From the NCBI GenBank assembly GCA_963799845.1, contig CAWCYI010000006.1:288001-352000 (forward strand): 64,000 nt of DNA, given 5' to 3'. Of the stretch, positions 52,276 through 63,660 are shown one piece after another; position 1 is the stretch's first letter; every line of letters begins with the position of its first letter. Both the position numbers and the translations under genes were made by a program. A model generated the notes under the pieces. That model was not told the origin of the DNA, made no database searches, and saw nothing but the letters and a program-made list of their open reading frames with translations. The stretch comes from an uncultured Nitrososphaerota archaeon. GTDB taxonomy: Archaea; Thermoproteota; Nitrososphaeria; Nitrososphaerales; CADDZS01.

Positions 52276-54115
52276 ATGGATATCCAATTGCTGAGATATT
52301 CTGTTTCCATGCCGAGCCCAAATACGCATTATTTTGAAGTGAGCATATTCGTCAGCGATTTCAAGAAAAAAGTCCCTGACCCTAGCAAGTTGCATTTAGT
52401 CATGCCCGTCTGGACTCCGGGCTCTTATCTTGTCAGAGAGTTCTCGAAAAACGTTCTGGATCTTGATGCTAGATTGGTCGATGTCAACAAAAAGGCAAGA
52501 TCATATAAGGTAAGTAAGAATGAATGGGTAGTTGAAACCAATGGTTCTGAGGAAGTAGAAATCAATTACCGAGTGTACGCCTTTGAACTTTCGGTAAACA
52601 CTAGCTATCTCGATGACAAGCACGGGATCATCAACGGTGCAAGCATATTCATGTACATTCAAGGCATGGAGAACATCGAGGGAGTTCTAGAAGTCCATCA
52701 GTTCGAGGAATGGAAAAAAATCTCGACCGGTCTCCAAGAGATTGAGAACTCGGATTCGAAGTCCTCCCAGTTTCTAGTTCCGAACTATGACAAACTGGTC
52801 GATTCCCCGATCGAGATAGGGAATCAAAATCTCCACTCGTTTACCCTCAATGGAACCAAGTACGAAGTATCAATATTCAGCATAAGCAAGTTCGATGAAG
52901 TGGCATTCGTTTCAGATATCAGGAAAATCGTCGAAGCAACGACGAAAGTATTTTCGGAAGTTCCCTACGACAGGTACGTCTTCATCGTCGATTTTACCGC
53001 TGACAATTACGGAGGCCTGGAGCACCTCAACAGCACTTACTGCCTCGCGTCGATTTTCAGACTGGAACCTCCTCAAGAGTATAGACAGTCTGCTGTCGTT
53101 GTTTTCGCACGAATTTTTCCACGCGTGGAACGTCAAGAGGATGCGCCCCAAAGGCCTGGGGCCCTTCGATTACACGAAGGAGACATACACCAAATCACTC
53201 TGGATCGCTGAAGGAATAACGAGTTACTACGACGACCTGCTTATCAGACGGGCCGGGATATTCAGCGTTGGAGAGTACCTTGATGCCTTCAGCTCGAACA
53301 TCAGTCAGATGAAGAGTCTCCCAGGTTCCAGGTGGCAGAGCGCACAGGAAGCGAGCTTTGACACTTGGATCAAACATTACAGGCAAAACGAAAATTCTCC
53401 GAACGTCTCATTCTCATATTACACTCAGGGCGCTGTCATCGGCTGGATGCTTGACATGGAAATCAGGAGGAGCACCGGCTCTTCGAGGACTCTGGATGAC
53501 GCGATGAGAAAGACCTACGCCGAGACGTACTTCAATGAGAACAGAGGGTTCTCAGACGAGGAGTTCGAACGAATTTGCGAGGAAACATCCGGATCTAGCG
53601 CGGTCGCGGCCATCTTCGAGCAGAGAGTCGAGGGAAGGACTGATGTTGATTTCGACAGATATCTTGCTTATGCCGGGTTGAAGCTGGTACCGAAAAAAGA
53701 GGAAAAAGTGAGTGGTTTTCTGGGAGTCAGGCTGAAGGAGGAAACAGGGCGTGTGACGGTTATAACGGTTCTTTCTTCCTCCCCGGCAGAGGTTGGAGGC
53801 CTCGCGCCCTCAGATGAGATCATAGGGGCAAATCATATTCGTATGGATAGAGCCAGACTCTCCTTCTATTTGTCAAACAGCAAACCAGGGGATCTTATCA
53901 TCCTGTCTGTAGCGAGATTGGGTTCCATCTTTCAAGTAGAGTCGCGACTGACCGAAAAACCGGTTCTGGAATTCAGGTTAACAAAAAATGATCAAGCAAG
54001 TCCAGAGGAAAAACAGCTTTTCGAAAATTGGTTGGGTGAGAGCTGGTCTGAAGAAATCAAATTTGAGGATTACAGGCCGTCCCCGGTAAGGACGAATGTT
54101 TTGGATTATGTTTGA
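52276..54115 (+). CDS. M61 glycyl aminopeptidase with PDZ domain (frameshift near 53085)
   Basis: MPVWTPGSY, LVDSPIE, GGLEH, HEFFHAWN, LWIAEG.TSYY, SYY..G, C-terminal PDZ. Confidence 0.92.
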
Positions 54116-54202
54116 TTCACCAAGCAAGGTTTTAAGCATGGATTCATTACAGTACATCTGAATTCTAGCGAAAAAAGAATAATCGAGTTAAAGTGAGTTA
54201 TT

Positions 54203-54517
54203 TTGGGTAAAAGAAAAGTTCTGAACGAAGCTCAACTGAAGGAAATGGTTCTGGCTCAGGAAGGGGAAATGTACGGCCAGGTGATAAAACTCGTTGGCAG
54301 TGATCATCTCATGGTAAAGTGCGCTGACGGAAAGACGCGCCTTGGAAGGATTCGCGGTAAAATTAGAAGGAGAGTATGGATTCGTCTGGGTGATATTGTT
54401 TTACTTGTGCCATGGGATTTTGCAGCGGCAGATAGGTGCGACATTATTTGGCGATACACAGTCTCACAGGTAGAATGGCTTCGGGCAAACGGAATGCTCC
54501 CGCCGGACTTCCAATAA
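54203..54517 (+). CDS. eif1a: Translation initiation factor aIF-1A
   Basis: CADGKTRLGRIRGK, WIRLGD, PWDF, IIWRY. Confidence 0.95.
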   Translation: MGKRKVLNEAQLKEMVLAQEGEMYGQVIKLVGSDHLMVKCADGKTRLGRIRGKIRRRVWIRLGDIVLLVPWDFAAADRCDIIWRYTVSQVEWLRANGMLPPDFQ

Positions 54518-54538
54518 ACGTCGTATGTTTCTCGATGT

Positions 54539-55120
54539 CTAGATAATCAGCGAGTGCTGAGAGCCTATACTGGCAAAAACGTCAGCAATTCCCGCGGCGG
54601 CAAGCTCCCTCTTATCGTATGCGCAAACGATCGCCACCTTTAGCTGCGGCACGATCCGGCTCAATAGCGCATCAAACTCCTGATAGTTTGAGATAAACCC
54701 CTTACGCACAAGCATGTCGGTCTCGGAGATTATTGCTAGAAAGCTAAACCCCGAGTCCGAGGCTTCTTTCGCGCTCTGTCTAATCCTATCTCCCAGCTCT
54801 GGAATGGGACGAAACTGCTGTTGACGCCCCGAAGAGAGGAACCACTCTTCAGAATCAGCGATCTTCATTTGCTTATTTTTTTCATATGCAGCTACGTCAA
54901 AACCAACATCTTTCAGCGATAACCTGATCCCTTTCACTCCTTGTTTTCCTGCAATGTAGATCAACGAAGCATTCTTCGAGTCGACAAATTCTCGACACAG
55001 AGGGAATAGCTTTAGTTGTTTTTCAGAATTCAAGTCAAAAAAATAAGCCGCGTGAATCCCCGCCTCTAGGTAACGTCTGGTATTGGGACCTCCGGGAATC
55101 TCGGTACTCGCTTCCGCCAT
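54539..55120 (-). CDS. MEDS-domain sensor protein
   Basis: HAAYFF...IYI, EEWFL, C-terminal CAYD...H. Confidence 0.65.
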   Translation of the reverse strand: MAEASTEIPGGPNTRRYLEAGIHAAYFFDLNSEKQLKLFPLCREFVDSKNASLIYIAGKQGVKGIRLSLKDVGFDVAAYEKNKQMKIADSEEWFLSSGRQQQFRPIPELGDRIRQSAKEASDSGFSFLAIISETDMLVRKGFISNYQEFDALLSRIVPQLKVAIVCAYDKRELAAAGIADVFASIGSQHSLII

Positions 55121-55421
55121 CTAAATGACCGTGGACTAGTCTCAAGCATTGCTAACGAGAACTGTAATCTTATTGTTTACTGTCATTTCGGAATGGTCTT
55201 GTTTTTCGATAGTAATTTTTGTTTTAGTGATTGTCATAGTTGGCAAAAATAATCGATCCGACCAGAAATTCAGGAGACCCTTGTCCGTGTCTCAGGAATC
55301 TCTTTAATTTGTGATCGCGTGACTATACAGCAATCCAATCTTCGTTTCGCTAGATCTTCTTAGGAATATTCTGCAAAAAAGGCTTAAACCTTATATCGAT
55401 TTCACGGGTTTTTCGTGTCAC

Positions 55422-56786
55422 GTGCCTTCAAAGAGCTATGCCGATCGTAAGTACGGCGTCTTCCTAGATCCTGAGGAATTACCACGAAAGTGGTACAACA
55501 TAGTTCCAGATCTTCCGGAAGAGCTGGCACCGATGTTGAACCCTCACACGCATGAGCCGATGGGGCCGAAAGATTTCGAGAAATTATTCCCTAAGGAGTT
55601 AGTGAAGCAGCAATTTTCCATGGAGCGATGGTTCGACATTCCGGAAGATGTGTGGGAGGCTTACAGAAGATTACCCAGACCGTCTCCTCTAATCAGGGCG
55701 AAACACCTGGAGCAGTTTTTGAAGACACCAGCCAAGATTTACTATAAAGCTGAGCAATTTACTCCGGTGGGTAGCATGAAACCCAACAGCGCGCTTCCAC
55801 AGACCTACTACGCGAAAAAACAGGGATTGGATCTAGCGATCTCGGAAACTGGAGCGGGTCAGTGGGGTTCGGCTCTCGCGATGTCTTGCGCCTGGTTTGA
55901 CCTTCCTGCTCGAATCTATATGGTTCGAGTGAGTTCGAAGCAAAAGCCCGGGCGGAGGGTCATGATGGAAACATATGGCGCTCAGGTTATTGAATCGCCA
56001 AGTGATAATACGAAGATAGGTAGAAAACTTCTTGCGGAGAATCCCGAACACCCAGGATCTCTGGGAATCGCTATCAGCGAGGCTATAGAAGACACTTTTG
56101 CTACCGAGGGATCTGGGTACCTCCTCGCTTCAGCTTTCAATTATGCGCTGGCCCACCAGACGATCATCGGGCTTGAGACTCAAAAGCAATTCGAGCTCCT
56201 CGATGAGACTCCAGACTTGATGTGCGGTTGCATTGGCGGTGGTTCCAATTTTTCCGGATTCATCTATCCATTCGTAAGGGAGAAACTCAGAAAGAAAATT
56301 GACACTGAATTCATGGCATGTGAACCATCGGCCGTTCCCTCCACGACTAGGGGCACATTTACCTACGACTATGCCGATACTGCAGAGCAAACTCCGCTCG
56401 TAAAAATGTATACCGTTGGGCACAGTTTTGCAAATCCCCCAATTCATGCTGGTGGGCTCAGATATCATGGCAAGGCTCCAAGCCTTTCTCTGTTGATTTA
56501 CAGGAAGGTTGTAGAGTCGGTTTCGTTTGCTCAAACCAAAGTCTTTGAGGCCGCAAGAATATTTGCCCGTACTGAGGGAGTCTTTGCAGCACCAGAATCA
56601 GCCCACGGATTGCGATATGCAATCGATGAAGCAATTCGTTGCAGAAAGAGAAATGAGAAGAAAATAATAGTTTTCAACAACTGCGGGCATGGACTACTAG
56701 ATCTTTCAGCATATGACGAATATAATCACGGTAAGCTTGTCGATTGGAGTCCTGAAGAAATCGTAGCACCACAGTATGTAACTTAA
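55422..56786 (+). CDS. trpB2: TrpB2-type tryptophan synthase beta-like PLP enzyme
   Basis: PRKWYNI, GSMKPN, ETGAGQWG, PGSLGIAISEA, GGGSNF, IHAGGLRYHG, APESAH, GHGLLDL. Confidence 0.9.
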   Translation: MPSKSYADRKYGVFLDPEELPRKWYNIVPDLPEELAPMLNPHTHEPMGPKDFEKLFPKELVKQQFSMERWFDIPEDVWEAYRRLPRPSPLIRAKHLEQFLKTPAKIYYKAEQFTPVGSMKPNSALPQTYYAKKQGLDLAISETGAGQWGSALAMSCAWFDLPARIYMVRVSSKQKPGRRVMMETYGAQVIESPSDNTKIGRKLLAENPEHPGSLGIAISEAIEDTFATEGSGYLLASAFNYALAHQTIIGLETQKQFELLDETPDLMCGCIGGGSNFSGFIYPFVREKLRKKIDTEFMACEPSAVPSTTRGTFTYDYADTAEQTPLVKMYTVGHSFANPPIHAGGLRYHGKAPSLSLLIYRKVVESVSFAQTKVFEAARIFARTEGVFAAPESAHGLRYAIDEAIRCRKRNEKKIIVFNNCGHGLLDLSAYDEYNHGKLVDWSPEEIVAPQYVT

Positions 56787-56930
56787 TAGCAATGCCTCAA
56801 ATTCGCGCAAAGCTAACGCCGATATATTATTCGTGCTCATCCAGCGTTGTCTTTAGACCAGTAGATAGAGTTAAGTTTCACAACCACTAAATAGAGCAAT
56901 TGCAATAATATGATTTTGAGTTGAGAGAAA

Positions 56931-57131
56931 TTGTCTGATCAGGGTAACGCCAACAAGAGAGGCCTTGCATCGGCCTCTTCTGAGACCCGCGAGAGGGTAG
57001 CAAAAGCAGGTGGCGAGGCTCCTCACCAAAAGAGAGGACTTCAGGCAGCAGCGTCTGAAACGAGGCAGGCAGTTGCGCGGAAGGGTGGATTAGCTGAGAG
57101 GAGAACAACGCAGAAAGGCAAAACAGGCTAA
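56931..57131 (+). CDS. KGG-repeat general stress protein
   Basis: Two repeats of KRGLxxAxSETRxxVAxxGG. Confidence 0.75.
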   Translation: MSDQGNANKRGLASASSETRERVAKAGGEAPHQKRGLQAAASETRQAVARKGGLAERRTTQKGKTG

Positions 57132-57180
57132 GGAAGCCGCACTAAAAGAAAATCCTGCAGAAATTACTCAGTCTTCCTAG

Positions 57181-57606
57181 TCATTCGGGTATTCCTTTCT
57201 TGAATGAATTCTTCGAAAATGTCTTTCTTTGTTGCCGATCCAGACCGATGCATGAAGAATGGACACTCGCTTCCTTCCGTTCACCACCCACAAAACGGTT
57301 GACGCTTTCGAACTTCTCCGACTCCTGTAAGGTCCTCCCACAAATGAAGCACCGGAATTTTGTTTTGTGTTGCTGAACTAGATCAAAGTAGATCAATGCA
57401 AAAAAGGCTGGTATCGTTACTACATGAAGTAAGGCGATAAGGACGATGTCTGAATAGAAAGCAGCCTCAATAGTTAGAGCAATGTCTACAATGAAAAGTA
57501 GGAAGACCATTTTACCCGTAGTCAAAGCTCGGAGAAACCACAGTAGAGGAAGCGTCAGTGCAAAGAGTAAAGTAGTCACAGCGTACAGAGTCAGTGCGTC
57601 GACCAA
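57181..57606 (-). CDS. Membrane protein with C-terminal CxxC...HxxC Zn site
   Basis: Three hydrophobic segments, CFICG, HSSC. Confidence 0.6.
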   Translation of the reverse strand: MVDALTLYAVTTLLFALTLPLLWFLRALTTGKMVFLLFIVDIALTIEAAFYSDIVLIALLHVVTIPAFFALIYFDLVQQHKTKFRCFICGRTLQESEKFESVNRFVGGERKEASVHSSCIGLDRQQRKTFSKNSFKKGIPE

Positions 57607-57696
57607 AGTGAGCGATTCACGTTTGCTAAGCAGATAAGAATTTTACTCTAGCCCTGCAGGGAATCTGAATAGAATTTACTGAAACAAAGAAATTGA

Positions 57697-60600
57697 CTAG
57701 ATTTTTGAGGTCAACGGGACTATTGTAATTTCTCGCGTCCTTAGCCAAGACAGTCCCTTAATGAAAACGTCAATATTCTCAACGTTCGTCAAGACCGGGA
57801 TTCCGAGTTCCACTGCCTTTCTTCTGATCTTGTAATCGTCTTCCTGCATATCTGCAAATTTCTCAATGGCCAGACTACTTGGAATGTTGATGATCAGATC
57901 AATTTTTCTTTCCGCCAGATAGTCGCTAATGTTCGGTTTTCGATCTCTCTCCATCATTTTGTAGAGAATTGTAACTTTTTCAAGACCATGTTTGGTCAGA
58001 AATTCGGCCGTGTGCTCGGTCGCATAAATGTCGTAACCCATCTCTGCAAGTTTTCGAACAGAATTCAGAGTTCTCCGCTTCAGCTCCGTGCCGCCTACGC
58101 TGATCAGAACATTCCCCTTCGTTGGTATTCTGTAGCCAGAAGCCGCGAGCGCCTTGCAATAAGCATCGAAGAAATTTTCGCCAAAACAGGCCACCTCTCC
58201 TGTAGACTGCATTTCGACACCAAGGAGGGGATCTGCGCCTTCGAGTTGCATGAACGAAAATTGCGGGACTTTTACTCCCACCTTAAAGGCGGGAGATTTT
58301 CGTCCCAGATACTGGCTGATATCGTTGCCCAAGATCGCTTCAGCACCCGCATCCAAGAGATTGACCCCGTTCATTTTAGAGACGAAAGGCATGGATCTCG
58401 AAGCGCGAAGATTGCATTCGATGACCAAGACTTCGGAACCCTTCACGATATATTGAACATTAAAGGGTCCCTTGATGTCGAGACCTTCCGCGATTCTCTT
58501 TGTATAATCCAATATCTTCGCCTGAGCCTCGCTGCTGAGTCCCTCTGCGGGTATCCTCATTGTCGCGTCGCCAGAATGCACTCCTGCCTTTTCGACGTGC
58601 TCAATTATTGCACCAATCAGAACGTTTTTCCCGTCGCTCACGGCATCCACTTCAGCTTCCTTGGCATTTTGAATGAATTTGCTAATCACAAGAGGATGAT
58701 CTGGCGAAACCTCAGCGGCTTCCATGAGAAAACTCTCCAATTGTTTTTGACTCCACATTACTCGCATTGCCGCACCGCTAAGAACGTAGGAAGGACGTAG
58801 TATCACGGGAAAATTCTCTTGCGCAAATTCAGCAGCCCTTTCCTCTGAAGTGACCTCGATCCATCTTGGTTGTGATATGCCGAGTCTATCCAGCAAATCA
58901 GAGAACTTTGCTCGATCTTCTGCTTTGTCGAGATTTTCACTTGCTGTTCCCAGGATCTTAACTCCGGCAAAATCAAGTTTTGGAATCAAGTTGTTTGCCG
59001 TCTGCCCACCCACACAGCAAACCACACCTACCGGATGCTCTAAATCGTGGATGTCGAGCACTCGTTCAAGCGTCAATTCTTCAAAGTACAACCTGTTGCT
59101 CATGTCATAATCAGTCGATACTGTCTCCGGATTACAGTTTATGACAATGACCTCAAAACCCCTTCTCTGGAGAGCCCAGACCATGTTCATTGTGCACCAA
59201 TCAAATTCGACCGAGCTACCAATCCGGTAAGAACCCGCACCAAGTACTATGATTTTCTGGTCGTTGCAGGTCGAAAAAACTGCATTATCTTCGCGTCCAT
59301 CGTAGCTTGTGTATAGATAGTTAGTTTTGGCAGGCCACTCAGCGGCGAGACTGTCGACTTGTTTAACGAAGGGCCTTATCGAATGATGGAGTCTCAATGC
59401 TCGAATGGCTGATTCCGAAAGAGCTAATCTTTTTGCTATCCATGAATCGGAAAAACCAAGTGCCTTCGCGCGCCGAATTACTTCGGGCTTCAGTTCAGCT
59501 CCGAGCTTTGCTATTTGTCCCAATTCAACATCCATGTCAACAATGTTCTTCATTTTTGAAAGAAACCATTTGTCGACCCAAGTCAGCCTGTTAATCTCAT
59601 CAACGCTAAAGCCGCTCGCTAGCGCCTCGGCAATGCTGAAGAATATCGAGTCTGTAGGATGTACCAATGCATTTTCAATCAGTTCGACCGAGCCCAGCGG
59701 TTTGTAGTCGAGCAATCCGTCCTTTCCGATGTCAAGCATCCGGATTGCTTTCTGTATTCCTTCCTCGAACGATCTTCCGATGGCCATAACTTCCCCGACA
59801 GATTTCATCTGACTCCCTAGCTCACGGCGCACCCGCTCAAATTTTCTGAAATCAAAACGAGGCATCTTCACCACGATGTAGTCGAGAGCCGGCTCAAAAC
59901 AAGCTGAAGTGATTCCGGTAACCTTGTTTGTAAGTTCTGAAAGGGAATACCCAAGAGTAATCTTCGCGGCAACGTACGCGATTGGGTAGCCCGTAGCTTT
60001 GGATGCGAGAGCTGAAGATCTAGATAACCTAGCGTTGATTTCAATAGCGTAATAGTTGTCCGATTTTGTGTCCAGAGCGAACTGAATATTGCATTCGCCG
60101 ACGACGCCTACGGCTCTCGCCGCTCTGATGGCAAGTTCTCGAAGACTGTGATATTCGTGATTTGTTAACGTCTGGGATGGGGCGACAACGGTGTTATCTC
60201 CAGTATGAACTCTCATGGAAAGTACGTTTTCCATGTTGCAGATGGTGATGCAATTGTCCGAAGCATCGCGCATGACTTCGTACTCGATTTGTTTCCAAGA
60301 ACCAACGTATTCCTCTATGAGGATTTGTCGAACTATGCTGTTCGCAAGTCCCTTCTCGGCTATAGAGTCGAGCTCATATTCATTGAAAGCGACGCCGCCT
60401 CCGCGACCTCCGAGTGTGAAGGCCACCCGGACAATTACCGGGTATCCTATTCTCGATGCGACATCTCTCGCCTGTTCGATGGAATAGACGGCTTCACTGA
60501 TGGGGCAATTGATCCCGCTTTCGGTCATTTTGGTTTTGAAAAGATCTCTATCTTCGGTAAGCTCTATCCCCCTAATTGAAGTTCCGAGCACTCGGATATT

Positions 60601-60933
60601 GTATTTCTTGAGTATTCCATTCCTCTCGAGCCCAATACCGCAATTCAATGCGGTTTGGCCGCCGAAACTCAAGAGTATTGAATCGGGGCGCTCTTGCTGG
60701 ATAACTTGTTCAACGTATTCAGGCGTGACAGGAAGGAAATAGACCTTGTCTGCCATTCTCGTATCAGTTTGAATAGTAGCAACGTTCGGGTTAACCAGAA
60801 TGGTTTGGATGCCCTCCTCTCTAATCGCCTTCAAGGCTTGTGAGCCCGAATAGTCGAACTCGCCAGCTTCCCCGATCTTGATCGAACCACTCCCCAAGAC
60901 CAGGACCTTCTTGATTGATTTGTCGAGCGGCAA
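57697..60933 (-). CDS. carB: Carbamoyl-phosphate synthase large subunit
   Basis: EFDYSGSQA, two ATP-grasp domains, MGS domain. Confidence 0.98.
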   Translation of the reverse strand: MPLDKSIKKVLVLGSGSIKIGEAGEFDYSGSQALKAIREEGIQTILVNPNVATIQTDTRMADKVYFLPVTPEYVEQVIQQERPDSILLSFGGQTALNCGIGLERNGILKKYNIRVLGTSIRGIELTEDRDLFKTKMTESGINCPISEAVYSIEQARDVASRIGYPVIVRVAFTLGGRGGGVAFNEYELDSIAEKGLANSIVRQILIEEYVGSWKQIEYEVMRDASDNCITICNMENVLSMRVHTGDNTVVAPSQTLTNHEYHSLRELAIRAARAVGVVGECNIQFALDTKSDNYYAIEINARLSRSSALASKATGYPIAYVAAKITLGYSLSELTNKVTGITSACFEPALDYIVVKMPRFDFRKFERVRRELGSQMKSVGEVMAIGRSFEEGIQKAIRMLDIGKDGLLDYKPLGSVELIENALVHPTDSIFFSIAEALASGFSVDEINRLTWVDKWFLSKMKNIVDMDVELGQIAKLGAELKPEVIRRAKALGFSDSWIAKRLALSESAIRALRLHHSIRPFVKQVDSLAAEWPAKTNYLYTSYDGREDNAVFSTCNDQKIIVLGAGSYRIGSSVEFDWCTMNMVWALQRRGFEVIVINCNPETVSTDYDMSNRLYFEELTLERVLDIHDLEHPVGVVCCVGGQTANNLIPKLDFAGVKILGTASENLDKAEDRAKFSDLLDRLGISQPRWIEVTSEERAAEFAQENFPVILRPSYVLSGAAMRVMWSQKQLESFLMEAAEVSPDHPLVISKFIQNAKEAEVDAVSDGKNVLIGAIIEHVEKAGVHSGDATMRIPAEGLSSEAQAKILDYTKRIAEGLDIKGPFNVQYIVKGSEVLVIECNLRASRSMPFVSKMNGVNLLDAGAEAILGNDISQYLGRKSPAFKVGVKVPQFSFMQLEGADPLLGVEMQSTGEVACFGENFFDAYCKALAASGYRIPTKGNVLISVGGTELKRRTLNSVRKLAEMGYDIYATEHTAEFLTKHGLEKVTILYKMMERDRKPNISDYLAERKIDLIINIPSSLAIEKFADMQEDDYKIRRKAVELGIPVLTNVENIDVFIKGLSWLRTREITIVPLTSKI

Positions 60934-60939
60934 CCAAGA

Positions 60940-62088
60940 TCAACTCGTTTTCAAAATCTTGTCTTGAAATACGTCGAAAACGTAACCTGCATCAATTGGT
61001 CCGGGCGAAGCTTCTGGATGAAATTGAACAGAAATGCACGGCTTCTCTCGATGAATAATTCCTTCAATAGTTCTATCGTCCGCGTTTACAAACCACGGGG
61101 CGAGTTTCGTCCCTTCAAGCGATTTTTCTTCAACAGTATATCCGTGATTTTGACTAGTGACCAAACTACGGCCGGTCTCAAGATCGATGCACGGCTTGTT
61201 CTGGCCCCGATGACCATATTTTAGTTTGTAAGTGTCAGCGCCTAGAGACAGAGCAATAATCTGAGTACCGAGGCAGATTCCAAGTGTTGGGATTCCCGCC
61301 TCTATCGAAGTTCTAGCAAATTCAATTGCAGGGCCGCAGTTCTTGGGATCGCCTGGCCCGTTGCTAATTACTATTCCATCGAATTTCGAAATTGTTTCGT
61401 CGAATGCTGTCGAGTAGGGCATGACCGTTACTTCAAATCCCCTCTTGACCAAACTTCTGACGATGTTTAACTTCACCCCACAGTCAATTATCGCAATTTG
61501 GCCATTGACATTTTTCCCATACCGCACGGAACTCCCGACGCTCACAACCTTGCAAAAATCAATTTTTGAATAATCCTGAGCATTTCGAAGAGCATGGACA
61601 CCTTCATCTATTGTTCGGGACAACGCCCCCATCATCACGCCCTTTTCTCGCAAATGCAGCGTTAACTCCCTAGTGTCGATTCCCTCTATTCCCGAAACTC
61701 CTTCATTACTCATCCACTCAGCGAGTGTTCGTTTCATTTCGTAATGGGACGGATTCCTCGAAGCTTGATTGACAATGATCCCTTTGGTCCTAATTTTCCC
61801 GGATTCGAAATTTACGAAAATCCCGTCTTCATCCTTAGCGTAATCCGGGACGCCGTAATTTCCAATTAGTGGATAAGTGAAACACAAAATTTGCCCGGCG
61901 TAGGATGGATCTGTCATTGCCTCCGTGTAGCCAACCATTCCGGTATTGAAGACGACTTCCCCGACTATTGGAGAATGCGAGTAAGAACCGAGAGAAAAAC
62001 CGTCAAAGGACTTGCCGTCATCAAGTACAAGCTTCAGTGGTAAAAGATCGGAACTCGAGACAGAACCCTCAGACAGATGGAGCAACAT
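60940..62088 (-). CDS. carA: Carbamoyl-phosphate synthase small subunit
   Basis: GEVVFNT, TDPSY, SNGPGDP, GICLG, FHPEASPGP. Confidence 0.98.
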   Translation of the reverse strand: MLLHLSEGSVSSSDLLPLKLVLDDGKSFDGFSLGSYSHSPIVGEVVFNTGMVGYTEAMTDPSYAGQILCFTYPLIGNYGVPDYAKDEDGIFVNFESGKIRTKGIIVNQASRNPSHYEMKRTLAEWMSNEGVSGIEGIDTRELTLHLREKGVMMGALSRTIDEGVHALRNAQDYSKIDFCKVVSVGSSVRYGKNVNGQIAIIDCGVKLNIVRSLVKRGFEVTVMPYSTAFDETISKFDGIVISNGPGDPKNCGPAIEFARTSIEAGIPTLGICLGTQIIALSLGADTYKLKYGHRGQNKPCIDLETGRSLVTSQNHGYTVEEKSLEGTKLAPWFVNADDRTIEGIIHREKPCISVQFHPEASPGPIDAGYVFDVFQDKILKTS

Positions 62089-62338
62089 TCTATTTAAACA
62101 ATGTTGTGAGAAAAGAATTTTCGTTCTTTCATTGTCATGAAAAAACTATCACAAATGATTCTTGAAATCTTCGAAATAATTTATCCCAGAAATCTCTTTT
62201 CTCATTCTCGACTTTGGAAAACGATTAACCTTTAGCATGACGTAAAGTTACATGAAAACTAACTCTTACGAAAATCTCTATTTCCGAGGCTCATATCGAC
62301 ACCAAGATTTTTTGCTGATTAAAATTCTCAAGATCATT

Positions 62339-62722
62339 TCATTGGACTGAGTCTAAGGTTTCAAGCGCCTTTCCTTCGTACTCTGGCAGCTTGAATTTCA
62401 ACCATTGATTTCCTTCTTCATCAGTTACCAAGAAACTACTTAGATTCCCCACAGAAGATCCAAGCAATTCATTCTGATTGGGGATCGAACCGAGAGGAAT
62501 TTGAGCAAATGTCTCCCACTTGTGCCTCAGAAAGATCACCTTGATGTTAGACTTTGAATAAATCAGAACAGGCTCGATGTTGATGGCGTCATATTCGACT
62601 TCTTCCAAATATCCTCGATCCAACAATTTTTTTCTCGTAGAAGCGATTATACTTTTTTTTGGCTCGGCCAGAGTTCTTATCATGTCATCTGCGCTTCGAT
62701 TGCCGACAGAACCCGTTCTCAA
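62339..62722 (-). CDS. Hypothetical protein, possibly a fragment of a longer gene
   Basis: Frame stays open upstream to about 62870; no family recognised. Confidence 0.35.
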   Translation of the reverse strand: MRTGSVGNRSADDMIRTLAEPKKSIIASTRKKLLDRGYLEEVEYDAINIEPVLIYSKSNIKVIFLRHKWETFAQIPLGSIPNQNELLGSSVGNLSSFLVTDEEGNQWLKFKLPEYEGKALETLDSVQ

Positions 62723-63315
62723 GTCTGATGACCTGTCTCGAATCTCCTTTTTCTTTAAACAATCTATCTGTCCAAGAAGACACGCGTATAGGAGAAAATC
62801 GGATATTTCTTGGTGTCCAATAGCTTTGGAATGCTCGAATTCGCGTTCACGAATTATTTGGAGACTATATTATCAAATGAAAACCAAGAACTTAGACATC
62901 TGAATCTTCAAGAAATCTTGTCTCTGCAGACGAAGATAATTCCCAGGGAACCTGAAAGTTTGAGAATTCATCTAAGAAACTAGCCAACAACCAACAGAGG
63001 CTCACCCGAAGTATCGCACAATTCGATTACCTTGGCAAGGAGAGAGACAGGCATCCACGAAACTGATAACAGATTACGTAGACGATCTTATAATCCTAGA
63101 AACCCAGCTCTTCCCTTTCACCGAACAGAGAGCACTTCAGATTGTTGACCGCATGACTGAAGGTAAATATTGGAACCATGCTTTTCGCGTGATTGGTATG
63201 GCACACATTTACAAGGGTTTCAATTATGACTTGCTGGGCTGAGCGAATACATTGAGATCAATCCGAGGACGATTCCAAAGTATGTCCATTCACAGAAAGA
63301 AACGCACCCAGCCTA

Positions 63316-63660
63316 CTAGGTCTTGATTTCTGATAAGGAGATCCTATCGGGTATCTCTTCATAGTCCTCTTTGTATTCTGCAATCATGTGGTTGTAAAAT
63401 CGCTCGAAGCATTCGGGCATTTCATACGAGCATACAACTTCAGCTCTCCCAGTGTAGAATTGCTCCAGTTTCCCTTCATATTCGTCAAATGTGAATTGGA
63501 CAGTGCCCTCGGGCTTTCTCCAAGCATGAATTTTGACAATCTCGTCGTCGATTCGAATGCCAGCCATCTCCCCCGATGCGGAGTGGCCCTCCACAAGCGA
63601 GGCGCTTAGCTTGAACTCGTCCGCCCTCGGCTTGTACTTATCCGACCTCGTGAAATACAC
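63316..63660 (-). CDS. Hypothetical protein
   Basis: Plausible coding composition; frame open further upstream; no family recognised. Confidence 0.4.
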   Translation of the reverse strand: MYFTRSDKYKPRADEFKLSASLVEGHSASGEMAGIRIDDEIVKIHAWRKPEGTVQFTFDEYEGKLEQFYTGRAEVVCSYEMPECFERFYNHMIAEYKEDYEEIPDRISLSEIKT

